Assembly (NCBI GenBank): GCA_963783575.1
Contig: CAWAOD010000009.1
Location: 352,001-416,000, forward strand
Length of the DNA stretch: 64,000 bases
Source: an uncultured Spirochaetota bacterium
Lineage (GTDB): Bacteria; Spirochaetota; Brevinematia; Brevinematales; JAOACQ01
Direction of reading: 5' to 3'
The position numbers and the translations under genes were made by a program. Positions 1 to 10,673 of the stretch are shown one piece after another (position 1 is the first letter of the stretch; every line of letters begins with the position of its first letter). The notes beneath the pieces were generated by a model. The model was not told the DNA's origin. It did no database searches and saw nothing but the letters and a program-made list of their open reading frames with translations.

Positions 1-1
1 A

Positions 2-1390
2 AATAAAAAAATCGGCATATATAATATCAAAACTAAAGAAGCCTTCGTACTTGATATTCCATTTATTCATATTAATAGTGTTTCAGCCTGCGAAGGGAGA
101 ATTCTATTTAATTATAACGACGATTATTCTTTTTATAAATTGGGAATAATTGACGGTACAAACATGCTTATCGAAACAAACAATATTTCCGGCGGTGTTT
201 TCAACCCGATGCTGAAAGGAGAAAACATTTATTATACCGGAAAATTCTCGGAAAGCGATAAGCTGATGAAATATCCGGCCGGACTATATGACAAAGATCA
301 GTCAAACGGTTATACCCTTATCATCACTAACTGTTCTGTAATAAAATGGGATACTTTGATGATTAGTTCCGGCAATTCAAACAATTCAGATTTTCAATTT
401 GAGGAAAAGCCTTATAATAGCCTTCCCTATTTATTACCTCATTTCTGGATACCATATTTTACTTTGGGGAATCATCTTATTCCTAACAGTCTCGGCTTTT
501 ATACTGTTCTAATCGATCCTTTGTTTCAGAATATGATTTCTCTTTATTCTACTTATAATTATTTTAAAATATTCCAGAACATCAACTTAAACTGGAATAA
601 CACCGCCTTACCTTTAAATTTTAATATAGTTTTTTCTGATACTCTCCCGTATTATTATTCAACAGGCGATTATATCAGGCAAACAATGACATCGTTGGAC
701 CTTAATAAAATATATTATTTTTTCCCGGACAGCCGTTATTTTAAGATTGGCGGCACTATTTCCTGTTATCAATGGTCACCTGACAATGGAAAATTTTCGG
801 CATATTATTGGGACATGGATTATAATTCTACAATTTCAACATTTTATGCGGCTTTTTCAACATCGGTATCAAAATACCAATTTTATTACAATAAAGGATA
901 TAATGTAACGGCATGGTTCGATTATAATATCAACATGGGTGTGTACAAAGAGGAAATAAATTTAAATGCATTTACATCAGTTATTCCTGTATCCTTTAGC
1001 TTTAACGCTGCTTACAGCCCATGGAAAATATTCAACCTTGGTTCGGATAATTTTTACTTCGGAAACAATCATTACTCATCTTACTATGAGTATCAGTATT
1101 CTGCAATGGCTTCCGCTTATTTTATAAAATCGGATTTAAATATGCTTCTTTTTGACTTGGAAATTCAACAGGGAGCCTGGTTAATACCGTTATATTTTAA
1201 CCGGATATATCTGACCGCCGGATATAGAAACGCTTATCTCAATCAAAATTATTTCCATTCGGTTTATTCAAGATTAAGCTTTGGATCATCAATATTATAC
1301 GGGGCTGTTTCACCCTCATTTTACATTGAAGGATATTACGCTATAACAATGAATGGATGGGGATTTGCATATAATTTTCAATTATTATAA
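2..1390 (+). CDS. Outer-membrane/surface protein, C-terminal part (5' end outside window)
   Basis: The frame is open from position 2, upstream of the track start at 140. The C-terminal half is aromatic-rich and beta-strand-like, ending ...GFAYNFQLL. Confidence 0.45.
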   Translation, partial: NKKIGIYNIKTKEAFVLDIPFIHINSVSACEGRILFNYNDDYSFYKLGIIDGTNMLIETNNISGGVFNPMLKGENIYYTGKFSESDKLMKYPAGLYDKDQSNGYTLIITNCSVIKWDTLMISSGNSNNSDFQFEEKPYNSLPYLLPHFWIPYFTLGNHLIPNSLGFYTVLIDPLFQNMISLYSTYNYFKIFQNINLNWNNTALPLNFNIVFSDTLPYYYSTGDYIRQTMTSLDLNKIYYFFPDSRYFKIGGTISCYQWSPDNGKFSAYYWDMDYNSTISTFYAAFSTSVSKYQFYYNKGYNVTAWFDYNINMGVYKEEINLNAFTSVIPVSFSFNAAYSPWKIFNLGSDNFYFGNNHYSSYYEYQYSAMASAYFIKSDLNMLLFDLEIQQGAWLIPLYFNRIYLTAGYRNAYLNQNYFHSVYSRLSFGSSILYGAVSPSFYIEGYYAITMNGWGFAYNFQLL

Positions 1391-1482
1391 AACCCTATTT
1401 TTTATTGATTATTTATATAACTCTAACTATAATTTCATATTGAAGCGCGTGCTTTAATCAATATTTAACAACGAGGCATAAA

Positions 1483-2979
1483 ATGGAAATGACAAATCCC
1501 GAAAACAGTATTAAAAGCGTAATATTAAATAGTAACCCTATTGTTTTCAGATTTAATAACGGCAGCAAGAAAAATATGGAAATATTGATCAATGCCCTTG
1601 ATAAAATACTCAATGAAACCCGAAAATCTTTTATGAAAGCCCCGCTGGAATATATAGTCAGGGAATGTGTCTATAATGCCGATAAATCAAATTACAAAAG
1701 AATACATTTTACCCATATGAATCTTGATATAAAAAATTCGGACGATTATTATACAGGCATAAAATCTTTTGCCAATGATTACCGTGAAAAAATCGATGTC
1801 TATACCAAGGAATTGGAAAATTATAAGTACTACACGGAAGTGGAATATCTGATAAAGGACAATATTCTGTCCATTATTGTGAAAAATAATAATTTGCCTA
1901 TTTCACAGGAAATTGCCAAGGTACAGAAATTATTGGAAAAATCTAAGGCAATCAGGGATGTTGCCGAGGCTTACATGGCAGTCGGCGATTCATCCGAAGG
2001 CGCGGGACTCGGATTGATTACAATAATTTTGATGCTGAGAAGTCTTGGTCTTGACGAAAAATCGTTCCGTTTTTCAATTGACCGGCCAAGAAATGAAACG
2101 GTAACCAAAATAGATATACCTTTAAATTCTATTGCAGAAATGCATCTTGAGGAATTATCGGATATCATAGCTAAAGAAATAAAGTTCCTCCCGCAATTCC
2201 CTGAAAAGCTTACAGAACTGCAGAAAGTATTATCAAGTAAAGAAATTGATTTTTCAAAGGTTGCCGGGGTCATTCAAAGTGATATTCTTCTGACAGCGGA
2301 ACTTCTTAAGATCGTAAACTCCGCTCAATATATGCTTCCTCAAAAAGTCGGTAACATTATGAATGCTATTTCCCTGATTGGGATTAAAGGCCTTAAAAAT
2401 TTGATCTATTCATACGGCGTTCAGAATATTATGATCAAACATTACGGGCAGCTCGACGAACTCTGGACTCATTCGTACCTGTGCGCTTCTTATGCTTATA
2501 ATATTGCAAAAAAATACAAGATGAAAGACATTATGGATGACGCATATATCAGCGGAATACTCCATGATATTGGTAAAATCATCATCTATAACTCACATCC
2601 GGGACTCATAGGCAGAATCAACTCATTCAGTAAAGAAAAAGGAATTGAGGGAAATATAATTGAAAATATTTCTCTGGGAAGTAACCATGCTAAAATTGGA
2701 GCTATGATGGCGCAAAAATGGAATTTCCCCGATAATATCGTATCCGCAATCGGATTTCATCATCAGCCGCAACTTTCCAAAGATGAACACCGGATTATTA
2801 CATCTATTGCATATCTTGCAAATATGCTGACAAGGGCTCATAGGCAGGATTTTTCAATTATGGATATTGAAAAACCGGTACTTGAAATATTCGGCATTAA
2901 GAGTGAAATTGAACTGAAAGCCCTTATTGATGAATTGAATGACCTTTATAAGCTTCAATCAAGAAAGGATAAGGAATAA
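1483..2979 (+). CDS. HDOD-domain signalling protein with N-terminal HATPase-like region
   Basis: EGAGLGL G-box; LPQFP...LLKIVNSA...LWTHS...GILHDIGK...HAKIG...WNFP HDOD motifs. Confidence 0.85.
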   Translation: MEMTNPENSIKSVILNSNPIVFRFNNGSKKNMEILINALDKILNETRKSFMKAPLEYIVRECVYNADKSNYKRIHFTHMNLDIKNSDDYYTGIKSFANDYREKIDVYTKELENYKYYTEVEYLIKDNILSIIVKNNNLPISQEIAKVQKLLEKSKAIRDVAEAYMAVGDSSEGAGLGLITIILMLRSLGLDEKSFRFSIDRPRNETVTKIDIPLNSIAEMHLEELSDIIAKEIKFLPQFPEKLTELQKVLSSKEIDFSKVAGVIQSDILLTAELLKIVNSAQYMLPQKVGNIMNAISLIGIKGLKNLIYSYGVQNIMIKHYGQLDELWTHSYLCASYAYNIAKKYKMKDIMDDAYISGILHDIGKIIIYNSHPGLIGRINSFSKEKGIEGNIIENISLGSNHAKIGAMMAQKWNFPDNIVSAIGFHHQPQLSKDEHRIITSIAYLANMLTRAHRQDFSIMDIEKPVLEIFGIKSEIELKALIDELNDLYKLQSRKDKE

Positions 2980-3007
2980 AAGTTTTAATGAGGAACTTAC
3001 ATTAATT

Positions 3008-4126
3008 ATGTTGAATCTGCTTGATTTAACTTTCAATGAAATTAAAAGCCGTTTTATTGATGAAGGCTTGCCTTCTTTCCGTTCCGATCAGATAATCAAC
3101 TGGATATACAAAAAATTCACTTATAATTTCGAATCCATGTCTGACATTCCGGCAATATTAAGACCGGAATTATCATCCAGGTATAATATAATAAATTTAT
3201 CGCTTCTTGATAGTATTTCATCAAAGAACGGAGACACAATAAAATTCCTTTTTGAAACCGCGGATAAAAATCTTATTGAAGCGGTATTGATCCTCGCCGA
3301 TGATGACATTGATGAACCGGATAGCTCAAGAATGACTCTATGCGTTTCATCGCAGGCAGGCTGTCCTATCGGGTGCAGGTTTTGTGCCACAGGTTTTCTG
3401 GGATTTAAAAGGAATCTAACTGCGGGTGAGATAATTTCAGAAGTTCTTATCACGGAACAATTCATACAAAATATTGATAAAAATCAATTTAAGATTTCTG
3501 GAAGGAGTCATGACAAAATCACAAGGAAAATATCCAATATCGTTTTTATGGGTATGGGCGAACCTCTATTAAATTATGAGAATGTGTTAAAATCTATAGA
3601 AATCCTGAACTTTACCGGAGGTTACAACCTTGGCAACAGGCATTTTACAATATCTACGGCAGGCATCATTCCTGGTATTGAGCTATTAAAAAAAGAAGCT
3701 TTGCAGTTAAGGCTTGCTGTTTCGCTTCACTCGGCTTTTCAATCAAAAAGGGAAACGTTAATGCCGCTTGCCGTGACTTATAATTTAAAAAATCTTATTC
3801 TTTCGCTAAAGGATTATCAAACCGTAACTGAAAGAAGGATAACATTCGAATATGTCCTGATCGAGGGGGAGAATGACAGTGAAAAAGACGCGGCTGAATT
3901 AAAACATTTATTAAACGGGCTTGATTACAACCTAAATGTTATTGAATACAACCCGGTTGAAGAGATATCATTCCGGCCTCCTTCCGAATCAGGCATCAGG
4001 CAGTTCAAAAATTTCCTGAAGAAGTATAATATTCCATATGTATTCAGAAAAAGCAAAGGCCGAGGCATCAAGGCAGGCTGCGGACAGCTCGGCCTCTACT
4101 GGAAGAACAGGCATCAAGCTTCCTGA
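3008..4126 (+). CDS. rlmN: 23S rRNA (A2503-C2)/tRNA methyltransferase RlmN
   Basis: CVSSQAGCPIGCRFC, VFMGMGEP, SLHS and AGCGQL motifs. Start moved to the ATG at 3008. Confidence 0.95.
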   Translation: MLNLLDLTFNEIKSRFIDEGLPSFRSDQIINWIYKKFTYNFESMSDIPAILRPELSSRYNIINLSLLDSISSKNGDTIKFLFETADKNLIEAVLILADDDIDEPDSSRMTLCVSSQAGCPIGCRFCATGFLGFKRNLTAGEIISEVLITEQFIQNIDKNQFKISGRSHDKITRKISNIVFMGMGEPLLNYENVLKSIEILNFTGGYNLGNRHFTISTAGIIPGIELLKKEALQLRLAVSLHSAFQSKRETLMPLAVTYNLKNLILSLKDYQTVTERRITFEYVLIEGENDSEKDAAELKHLLNGLDYNLNVIEYNPVEEISFRPPSESGIRQFKNFLKKYNIPYVFRKSKGRGIKAGCGQLGLYWKNRHQAS

Positions 4127-4452
4127 GAAGTCAGCATTTCAGAAAATTTAATTTGAGGAAGCAATTGATATTTTTCGGGAATTTTGTTTAAGACCTCATC
4201 ATAAACTTCCATAACAGATATGAAAGTTTCTTCTTTAAAAATAATAAAATAAAGAGTGTCTTCCTTACCCGGAAACACAAACAGGCTTTTACCAAAAGGG
4301 AAGAGTTCTCTTCTTATATTGGCTATCTTTTTAACAAAGTCTTTCATTTTCAAGATTTTCGGCTTAAGCCTCATATGAAATAATAAAGTAATTTTTATTC
4401 TTAAAAATATTTGAGTAAACTTGATTATTAAATTTTTCAAAAAGCTTTTCAC
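4114..4452 (-). CDS. Hypothetical protein
   Basis: 112-aa ORF filling the space convergent to rlmN. Confidence 0.5.
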   Translation of the reverse strand: MKSFLKNLIIKFTQIFLRIKITLLFHMRLKPKILKMKDFVKKIANIRRELFPFGKSLFVFPGKEDTLYFIIFKEETFISVMEVYDEVLNKIPEKYQLLPQIKFSEMLTSQEA

Positions 4453-4599
4453 ATAATCAACCCTTCATATTTCTTTAATATAAATATTTTATTTTGTTCT
4501 TTTTGCTTTTGATTTGATATCGATTGATCCCAGATCCGGGTTAAAAACATAAGAACATCCCTTCACAAATCGAGCCGCGGATTGGTAAATTGACGCCGG

Positions 4600-4992
4600 C
4601 TATCTTTCCATGGTCACATTCTGAGAACCGCACAGGGGACAGTTTATATCAAAAAGATCATTTTCTTCATCTGTTTCTGAAATAAAATCAACCCATTTAT
4701 GCCCGCATTCTTCACAAATAAATCTTGCTTCCAGTTCTTCATCGATCTCATTCATATCATCGTCCAGAAAATCATCTTCCTGCTCATCTAACTCATCATC
4801 AAGGTCTTCCTCTTCAGCGTCAGCTTCATCAACATATAAATCATCTAAATCATCATAATCATCATCCAAATAAGAAGAATCCCCACCTTCCTCGTCTTTC
4901 GATATAAACTGGTCCACATAGTCGAAATCATCAAGATCGTCAAACTCCGCGTCATCAGATATCGAATTGCCGATCACATCCTTCATGTACAT
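4600..4992 (-). CDS. Very acidic protein with C-terminal zinc ribbon
   Basis: Long D/E tract followed by CEECG...CPLCG; AAGGAG RBS upstream. Confidence 0.75.
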   Translation of the reverse strand: MYMKDVIGNSISDDAEFDDLDDFDYVDQFISKDEEGGDSSYLDDDYDDLDDLYVDEADAEEEDLDDELDEQEDDFLDDDMNEIDEELEARFICEECGHKWVDFISETDEENDLFDINCPLCGSQNVTMER

Positions 4993-5126
4993 AAATTGCT
5001 CCTTATTTTTTCTACATTAATATTATTATCTTTATTTCAGATATGTCAAGAAAATTTAGATAATTTTTTTTGCAATTAAATTGAAGGCTCATTATAATAT
5101 ACATCCCTTACAAAAGGAATGGAGTT

Positions 5127-5465
5127 ATGTCGGATTGTCTTTTTTGTAAAATTGCAGCAAAAGAAATGAAGGCAGATATTGTCTACGAAAACGAAAAAGT
5201 TATTGCTTTTAATGACATTAATCCCCAAGCGCCTGTTCATATTGTTATTATTCCAAAAAAGCATATTGCTACATTAAATGATGTGGACGATTACTCCGTT
5301 TATACAGATATATTTAAAGCAGTTTCTATATTGACCAAAGAAAAAGGAATCCGTGAAAATGGATACAGGATTGTTGCCAACTGCAACCGTAACAGCGGCC
5401 AGACTATATTCCATATCCATTTTCATCTGCTTGGCGGAAGGGTTTTTCGCTGGCCTCCAGGCTAG
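5127..5465 (+). CDS. hinT: Histidine triad (HIT) nucleotide-binding protein
   Basis: DCLFCKI start, HIHFHLLGG motif, WPPG end. Confidence 0.93.
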   Translation: MSDCLFCKIAAKEMKADIVYENEKVIAFNDINPQAPVHIVIIPKKHIATLNDVDDYSVYTDIFKAVSILTKEKGIRENGYRIVANCNRNSGQTIFHIHFHLLGGRVFRWPPG

Positions 5466-5553
5466 CCGCTAGTCTCTGGCTGTTAGGCATAAAGACAAAT
5501 AATTTGAAAACAAAATGTTTTTTTACGATAATTATTATAAAGAGGTGATTTGA

Positions 5554-5766
5554 ATGCTTCTAATCGATTTGAGAGAGAATGAGTCAGTGGATTCGGCACT
5601 GAAAAGGTTTAAAAAGGAAGTGGAAAAGGATGGAATATTAACGGAAGAAAAAAAACACCGTTTTTATGAAAAGCCGTCCGAAGCAAGAAAGAAAAAGATA
5701 TCCACTGTTCAAAGAAAAATCGAGAAAAAGATACGCAAAATGCGGCTTATGAGCCGGTACATTTAA
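5554..5766 (+). CDS. rpsU: 30S ribosomal protein S21
   Basis: ENESVDSALKRFKK...FYEKPS. Confidence 0.95.
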   Translation: MLLIDLRENESVDSALKRFKKEVEKDGILTEEKKHRFYEKPSEARKKKISTVQRKIEKKIRKMRLMSRYI

Positions 5767-5852
5767 TAAACGGCCTGCGCCCTGATTATTTAAATGCCAT
5801 AGTTAAGTTCTCCATGAAGAGGTTTTCAATACGGCGTTTAGAGGAGGGTAAA

Positions 5853-6302
5853 ATGGGAATGTTCGAAGATATTCAAAGGCAATATATAGAAGCCAGGAAA
5901 AAACAGGACAAGTTTCTTGTTAATGTTCTGAGCATGCTGGTTTCTGAATTGAAATATGAAAAAATCAATAAGCAGAAAGATCTTGACGATGATGAAGTGA
6001 CGGCTTTTATACAAAAATCTATAAAACAGAAAAAAGAGGCGCTGGCAGAGTTTGAAAAGGCGCAGAGAGCCGATCTTATAGAAAAAGAAAGCGGGGAGAT
6101 AAATTTTCTTTCAAAGCTTCTGCCTTCGATGCTTTCTGAAAATGAAATAAGGGATATTGTACTGAAAGTAAAAGTAGAGCTTGGGGCAAATTCGCCTTCG
6201 GACATGGGCAAAGTGATGAAAGAAGCAATGGTCAGATTGAAGGGAAGAGCTGAAGGCGGTATCGTCAAGGATATTGTAAACGATGTTTTAAAGAACGGAT
6301 GA
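5853..6302 (+). CDS. yqeY: GatB/YqeY domain protein
   Basis: Follows rpsU; DMGKVMK motif; GAGGAGG RBS before ATG 5853. Confidence 0.9.
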   Translation: MGMFEDIQRQYIEARKKQDKFLVNVLSMLVSELKYEKINKQKDLDDDEVTAFIQKSIKQKKEALAEFEKAQRADLIEKESGEINFLSKLLPSMLSENEIRDIVLKVKVELGANSPSDMGKVMKEAMVRLKGRAEGGIVKDIVNDVLKNG

Positions 6303-6408
6303 TTGAATCCAATAATAAAATAACTCGGCGAATTACCGGATATATCCGTTAATTCGCTTTTTTTTTTGATCATTAACAGTATATTTGAAAACCGCATAGG
6401 AGAATTTT

Positions 6409-7266
6409 ATGAGATTTGAATTTACAAAAATGCAAGCACTTGGCAATGACTATATATTTATTAACGGTTTTAAATATCCGGAAATATTAAAAACCGCATC
6501 GGAATTATCTGTAAGATTATCAGACCGTCATTTCGGTATCGGCGGGGATGGGATTATTTTTTTACTGCCTTCCCAAAAAGCCGATCTCGGAATGAGGATT
6601 TTCAACTCTGATGGAAGCGAAGCCGAAATGTGCGGCAATGGAATCCGCCAGCTTGCATTATATGCTATTAGCAATAGAATTATCTCAACATTAAATATGA
6701 AGATAGAGACCTCGGCAGGTATTAAATATATCGAAGAAATTAAAACCAATGACAATACTTTCGCCGTTCGGGTTAATATGGGGAAACCCGTCCTGGAACC
6801 AAAGAAAATACCCGTTATTGCAGAATTAAATACCGGCGGATTTGCAAAAATCGTTCTGGGGGTAATTGATAAAAAAATGGAATTTACAGTTGTATCTATG
6901 GGTAACCCGCATGCAGTAACATATGTTGATAATTTAAATTTATTTGATATTAAGAAATATGGTGAATTTATTGAAAATATGACTGCCGTATTTCCGCAGA
7001 AAACCAATGCCGAATTCATTGAAGTAATATCGGATAAAGAAATTAAAATGAGGGTATGGGAAAGAGGGAGCGGTGAAACGCTTGCCTGCGGGACAGGTGC
7101 TTGTGCAAGTGTTGTTTCATGTGTTCTAAACGGTTTGACAAAAAGAGATGTCCTTGTAAATCTACCTGGCGGCATTCTTAATGTAGAATGGTCTAATGAC
7201 GGCAATGTATACATGACCGGCGGAGCAGAAAAAGTTTTCGACGGAACTATCAATATTGCAACATAA
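6409..7266 (+). CDS. dapF: Diaminopimelate epimerase
   Basis: FTKMQALGND, EMCGNG, GNPHAV and ERGSGETLACGTG motifs. Confidence 0.97.
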   Translation: MRFEFTKMQALGNDYIFINGFKYPEILKTASELSVRLSDRHFGIGGDGIIFLLPSQKADLGMRIFNSDGSEAEMCGNGIRQLALYAISNRIISTLNMKIETSAGIKYIEEIKTNDNTFAVRVNMGKPVLEPKKIPVIAELNTGGFAKIVLGVIDKKMEFTVVSMGNPHAVTYVDNLNLFDIKKYGEFIENMTAVFPQKTNAEFIEVISDKEIKMRVWERGSGETLACGTGACASVVSCVLNGLTKRDVLVNLPGGILNVEWSNDGNVYMTGGAEKVFDGTINIAT

Positions 7267-7268
7267 TA

Positions 7269-7298
7269 GCTTGCCCTGAGTGCATACGAAGGGTTGCA
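7269..7298. repeat. Unoccupied REP-like hairpin (GCCCTGAG...CGAAGGG)
   Basis: gcttgccctgagtgcatacgaagggttgc resembles the reconstructed targets of the three IS1182 copies. Confidence 0.6.
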
Positions 7299-7381
7299 TC
7301 CATATATTAAACAATAAATTACAATATAATCAATATATTAATAATTGACTTATAATGCTCAAGAAGCCTGCCCTGAGCATG

Positions 7382-9072
7382 CAGACTGTGTGAAAACACA
7401 GTAAATATGCTATAATTATTAGAACAAAAATAATCGGAGTAAAAGATGAAGCATATTGAGGGAGAATCAAGGGATCAGATAGTTCTGTTCAATGAAACAC
7501 TGGAAGATCTGTTAGGAGAAGAAGATCCGGTAAGGTTTATAGATATTTTTGTTGATAAGCTAAATATGAAAGGAGTTGGTTTTAAAGTAAAAGAAGCATC
7601 AACCGGCAGAAGTTCATATAAATCCGAAATACTTTTAAAAATCTATATTTACGGATATTTGAATAAAATCAGGACAAGCAGGAAATTAGAGAGAGAGTGC
7701 CGAAGAAACACAGAGTTGATGTGGCTGACTGGACGACTAGCGCCGGATTTCAAGACGATTGCCGACTTCAGGAAAGATAATAAGAAGGGAATACAGTCGA
7801 TATTCAGAGAATTTTTGAAGATATGTCATAAAGCCGGGCTTTTATCATTTGACGTTGTTGGAATTGATGGAACCAAGATCAGTGCGCAAAACCACAATAA
7901 CAATGTTTATCATAGGAAAAACATAGAAGAAATCATACATAGAATAGATCAAAAGATCGAAGAATATTTGAATGAGATGGATAAGAACGATAAGGAAGAA
8001 AAGAATGAATTTGAATTTCTTTCCGGAAAGATAGCGGAACGTTTAAAGAAAATGAAAACAAAAAAGGATAAAGTTGAGGCTATTAAAAAGATTTTTGAGG
8101 GAAATCCTGAAATGGAGAAATATTATTCAAATGACCCGGAAAGCCGGTTTATGAATGATAAAGGGAAATCCGACATTGCATATAATCTGCAGATGGCAGT
8201 AGATGATGCGAATAAACTGATTGTGGTGATTGATGTGACGAATGAAAACAATGATATCAAACAGATGGCAGGAATGTGTGACCGAGTAGAAGAAATAAAG
8301 GACGAGCTTAAGGTAGAGACTGAAACGGTCAAAGTATCGGATGCCGGTTATTACAGCGAACCGCAGATACTGGAATGTATAGATAAGGGACATAACGTAT
8401 ATATGCCGAATCCGGATGACGGACATAAGGCAAGGATTCGAGGCAAAGAAGATAATAAAGGAGTACCTGCTGAAGAATACCAGGTTGATAAATTCAAATA
8501 TGATCCGGGACAAAATGTTTATTATTGTCCGGAGGGAAACCCATTAGTGAGAAATGGGAAAAAAGTAGAGAAGGTCAATGGAGGAAAAGAGATAGTCAGG
8601 TACAAGTGCGGCTTATGCAGCCAATGTGAAGTAAGAAATAAGTGTACTGAAAGCGTGGAAGGACGAAGTATCAAAGTACCAGTTAGAAAAGAAGAAATTG
8701 AGAACTTCAAGAGGAAAATTCGTTCTGAAGCCGGGAAAAAGATCATAGAGAAAAGGAAAGAGATATGTGAACATCCATTTGGATCGATAAAAAGGAATAT
8801 GGGTTACAGTTATTTTTTAATGAAGGGAAAGGATGGCGTTCTGACGGAATCCAGTTTGGCAGGATTCATTCATAATTTAATAAAAGTATTGAATATATTG
8901 GGAATAAAGAGACTTATGACTCTGGTTTGATGCTAATAAACCATCGTTTATCGTATTCGGATAGATTTTTGAAACTAAGATTTTTTTAGCTTGAAAAATA
9001 TATCAAAAAATGGAGTTTTTGTATAATTAATCGATTTTACTATAAAATTTTACTGAGTTTTCACACAGTCTG
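7382..9072 (+). mobile_element. IS1182-family element A, copy 1
   Basis: Perfect 16-bp terminal IRs (cagactgtgtgaaaac / gttttcacacagtctg); flanked by a 3-bp ATG direct repeat. Confidence 0.93.
7446..8930 (+). CDS. IS1182-family DDE transposase
   Basis: YGY...SRKLE...MWL...PDFKTIADFRK, IDGTK, DAGY and EHPFGSIK motifs. Confidence 0.93.
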   Translation: MKHIEGESRDQIVLFNETLEDLLGEEDPVRFIDIFVDKLNMKGVGFKVKEASTGRSSYKSEILLKIYIYGYLNKIRTSRKLERECRRNTELMWLTGRLAPDFKTIADFRKDNKKGIQSIFREFLKICHKAGLLSFDVVGIDGTKISAQNHNNNVYHRKNIEEIIHRIDQKIEEYLNEMDKNDKEEKNEFEFLSGKIAERLKKMKTKKDKVEAIKKIFEGNPEMEKYYSNDPESRFMNDKGKSDIAYNLQMAVDDANKLIVVIDVTNENNDIKQMAGMCDRVEEIKDELKVETETVKVSDAGYYSEPQILECIDKGHNVYMPNPDDGHKARIRGKEDNKGVPAEEYQVDKFKYDPGQNVYYCPEGNPLVRNGKKVEKVNGGKEIVRYKCGLCSQCEVRNKCTESVEGRSIKVPVRKEEIENFKRKIRSEAGKKIIEKRKEICEHPFGSIKRNMGYSYFLMKGKDGVLTESSLAGFIHNLIKVLNILGIKRLMTLV

Positions 9073-9091
9073 ATGTGTAGGGGCACGCTTG

Positions 9092-10438
9092 CTAGACACG
9101 GATTTGGTGGACGGTTATTTCCCTGCCGCTTTTCAGGTTTACAATGTATGATTTATCGGGTTTGAACTTTGTTTTCAAATTATCCAGCGTTTTATCGCTT
9201 ACTAAAATCCTGCTTTTTGAGTTTTCAGCTTCGGTAGCAATTAATTCGGATTCTATAATGCCTTCTCCGAGGATTGCATATTCCTTAAGCTTTTTCCCCT
9301 TTGTATTGAGCATTCCAGCCATAACATTTCCGCTGTATATACCGATAAAAACATCTACCCTGACATTCTCGGCATCGGCCAATTTTTCAATATCCTCAAT
9401 TGTTCTTTGAGAGGCTTCAATTGCATTGTATTTATGATGCTCATAAAAAATTGGAGCTCCATAAACAACAACGGCTTTTTGATGTTGAAAAACCGGATAA
9501 GCCTCGTATTCATCGGCATATTCACCGATTATAACGGAGATTGAATTATAGATTTTAAAATAAACCTCGGGGGTAAGATCTGTATTTAAAATATGAAAAA
9601 TAACAGTAGATACTGTGGCATTTAATTCTTCAATTCCTGACGGCACCCCTTTCTTCGAAATTTCCGACCTCATATTTTGCGAAATATAATCGCTGAAAAG
9701 TGAAATGCTTTCTTTATCTTTCATGATCCTTTTATTCAGTTCAAGGAGTTCCGTCTGGATAAAACCGAATTCATTCGGATCGTCCGGATACGGCAAATCG
9801 TTTTGGATAAAAACAGACATGCTTTTAATGAGCGATCCAATTTTTCTTGCCTTCAAGGCTTTGTAAACAAATATCAGGAAAAGTATCACGACATTAATGC
9901 AGAAGATAAATGATAACATTAGAATATCCAGAAGCGATAAACCATGATGTATTATCGTTTTTACAAGTAAATAGGCGACAGGGGTACCGAAGCAGACAAG
10001 CATAAATAAAAAAATAGGCAATATACTTATATGCCTGATCATAATTTTCTTCTTTCTTAATAATAAAGAAAATATCAGACCATGTACAAAATAAAAAATT
10101 GTATGCAGGGGGGTGAATAAAGTAAAAATCAAAAATAATTTATAAATATCATTTTCCTGGTTAAATAAATAGTACCCGGAAATCAGAAGTATTACAAAAT
10201 CCATTATTATGGTAATTATTGTCGTATATTGGAAGAAAACCCCATTTTTTAACCGTTTTTTTATCCCAGTTAAACTCTGGAATAAAACAAACAGAAATTG
10301 GAATAATGATAAAAAACAGTAAAATAATAATATCAGGTTGTCAGTGCGAAGTTTAAAATATTGTATGGCTTGATAAGAAATATAAACCTCGGCGGATTTA
10401 TACACTAAAAAAATAATAATACTGAATAATCTTGACAT
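9092..10438 (-). CDS. Membrane protein with degenerate class III adenylate/guanylate cyclase domain
   Basis: About 6 TM segments followed by YGAP...IGIYSGNVMAG...YAILGE. Start set at ATG 10438 after AGGAG. Confidence 0.7.
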   Translation of the reverse strand: MSRLFSIIIFLVYKSAEVYISYQAIQYFKLRTDNLILLFYCFLSLFQFLFVLFQSLTGIKKRLKNGVFFQYTTIITIIMDFVILLISGYYLFNQENDIYKLFLIFTLFTPLHTIFYFVHGLIFSLLLRKKKIMIRHISILPIFLFMLVCFGTPVAYLLVKTIIHHGLSLLDILMLSFIFCINVVILFLIFVYKALKARKIGSLIKSMSVFIQNDLPYPDDPNEFGFIQTELLELNKRIMKDKESISLFSDYISQNMRSEISKKGVPSGIEELNATVSTVIFHILNTDLTPEVYFKIYNSISVIIGEYADEYEAYPVFQHQKAVVVYGAPIFYEHHKYNAIEASQRTIEDIEKLADAENVRVDVFIGIYSGNVMAGMLNTKGKKLKEYAILGEGIIESELIATEAENSKSRILVSDKTLDNLKTKFKPDKSYIVNLKSGREITVHQIRV

Positions 10439-10673
10439 AAATTTCTCCTGATATGGAAGATAGCCTGAAATTTCGACTAATAACATTTTCGGATAAAAAC
10501 TGGAATAACTTAGATTTATCACTAATTTGGTCGAATAAACTCAATTTTATCCCAAAATTATAAATATATTTATATTTATAATACTTTTGGTCATAGCGGC
10601 AGCATAGGAAAAAATTGACATTTTCATATAAGATTATAAAATATTACATTGATTTTTCAGGAGGATTTGTTAT

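Noticed and set aside
5873..7253. Long antisense ORFs (174 aa and 241 aa) and similar shadow ORFs across the window
   Set aside because: They lie opposite well-supported genes and show no family motifs.
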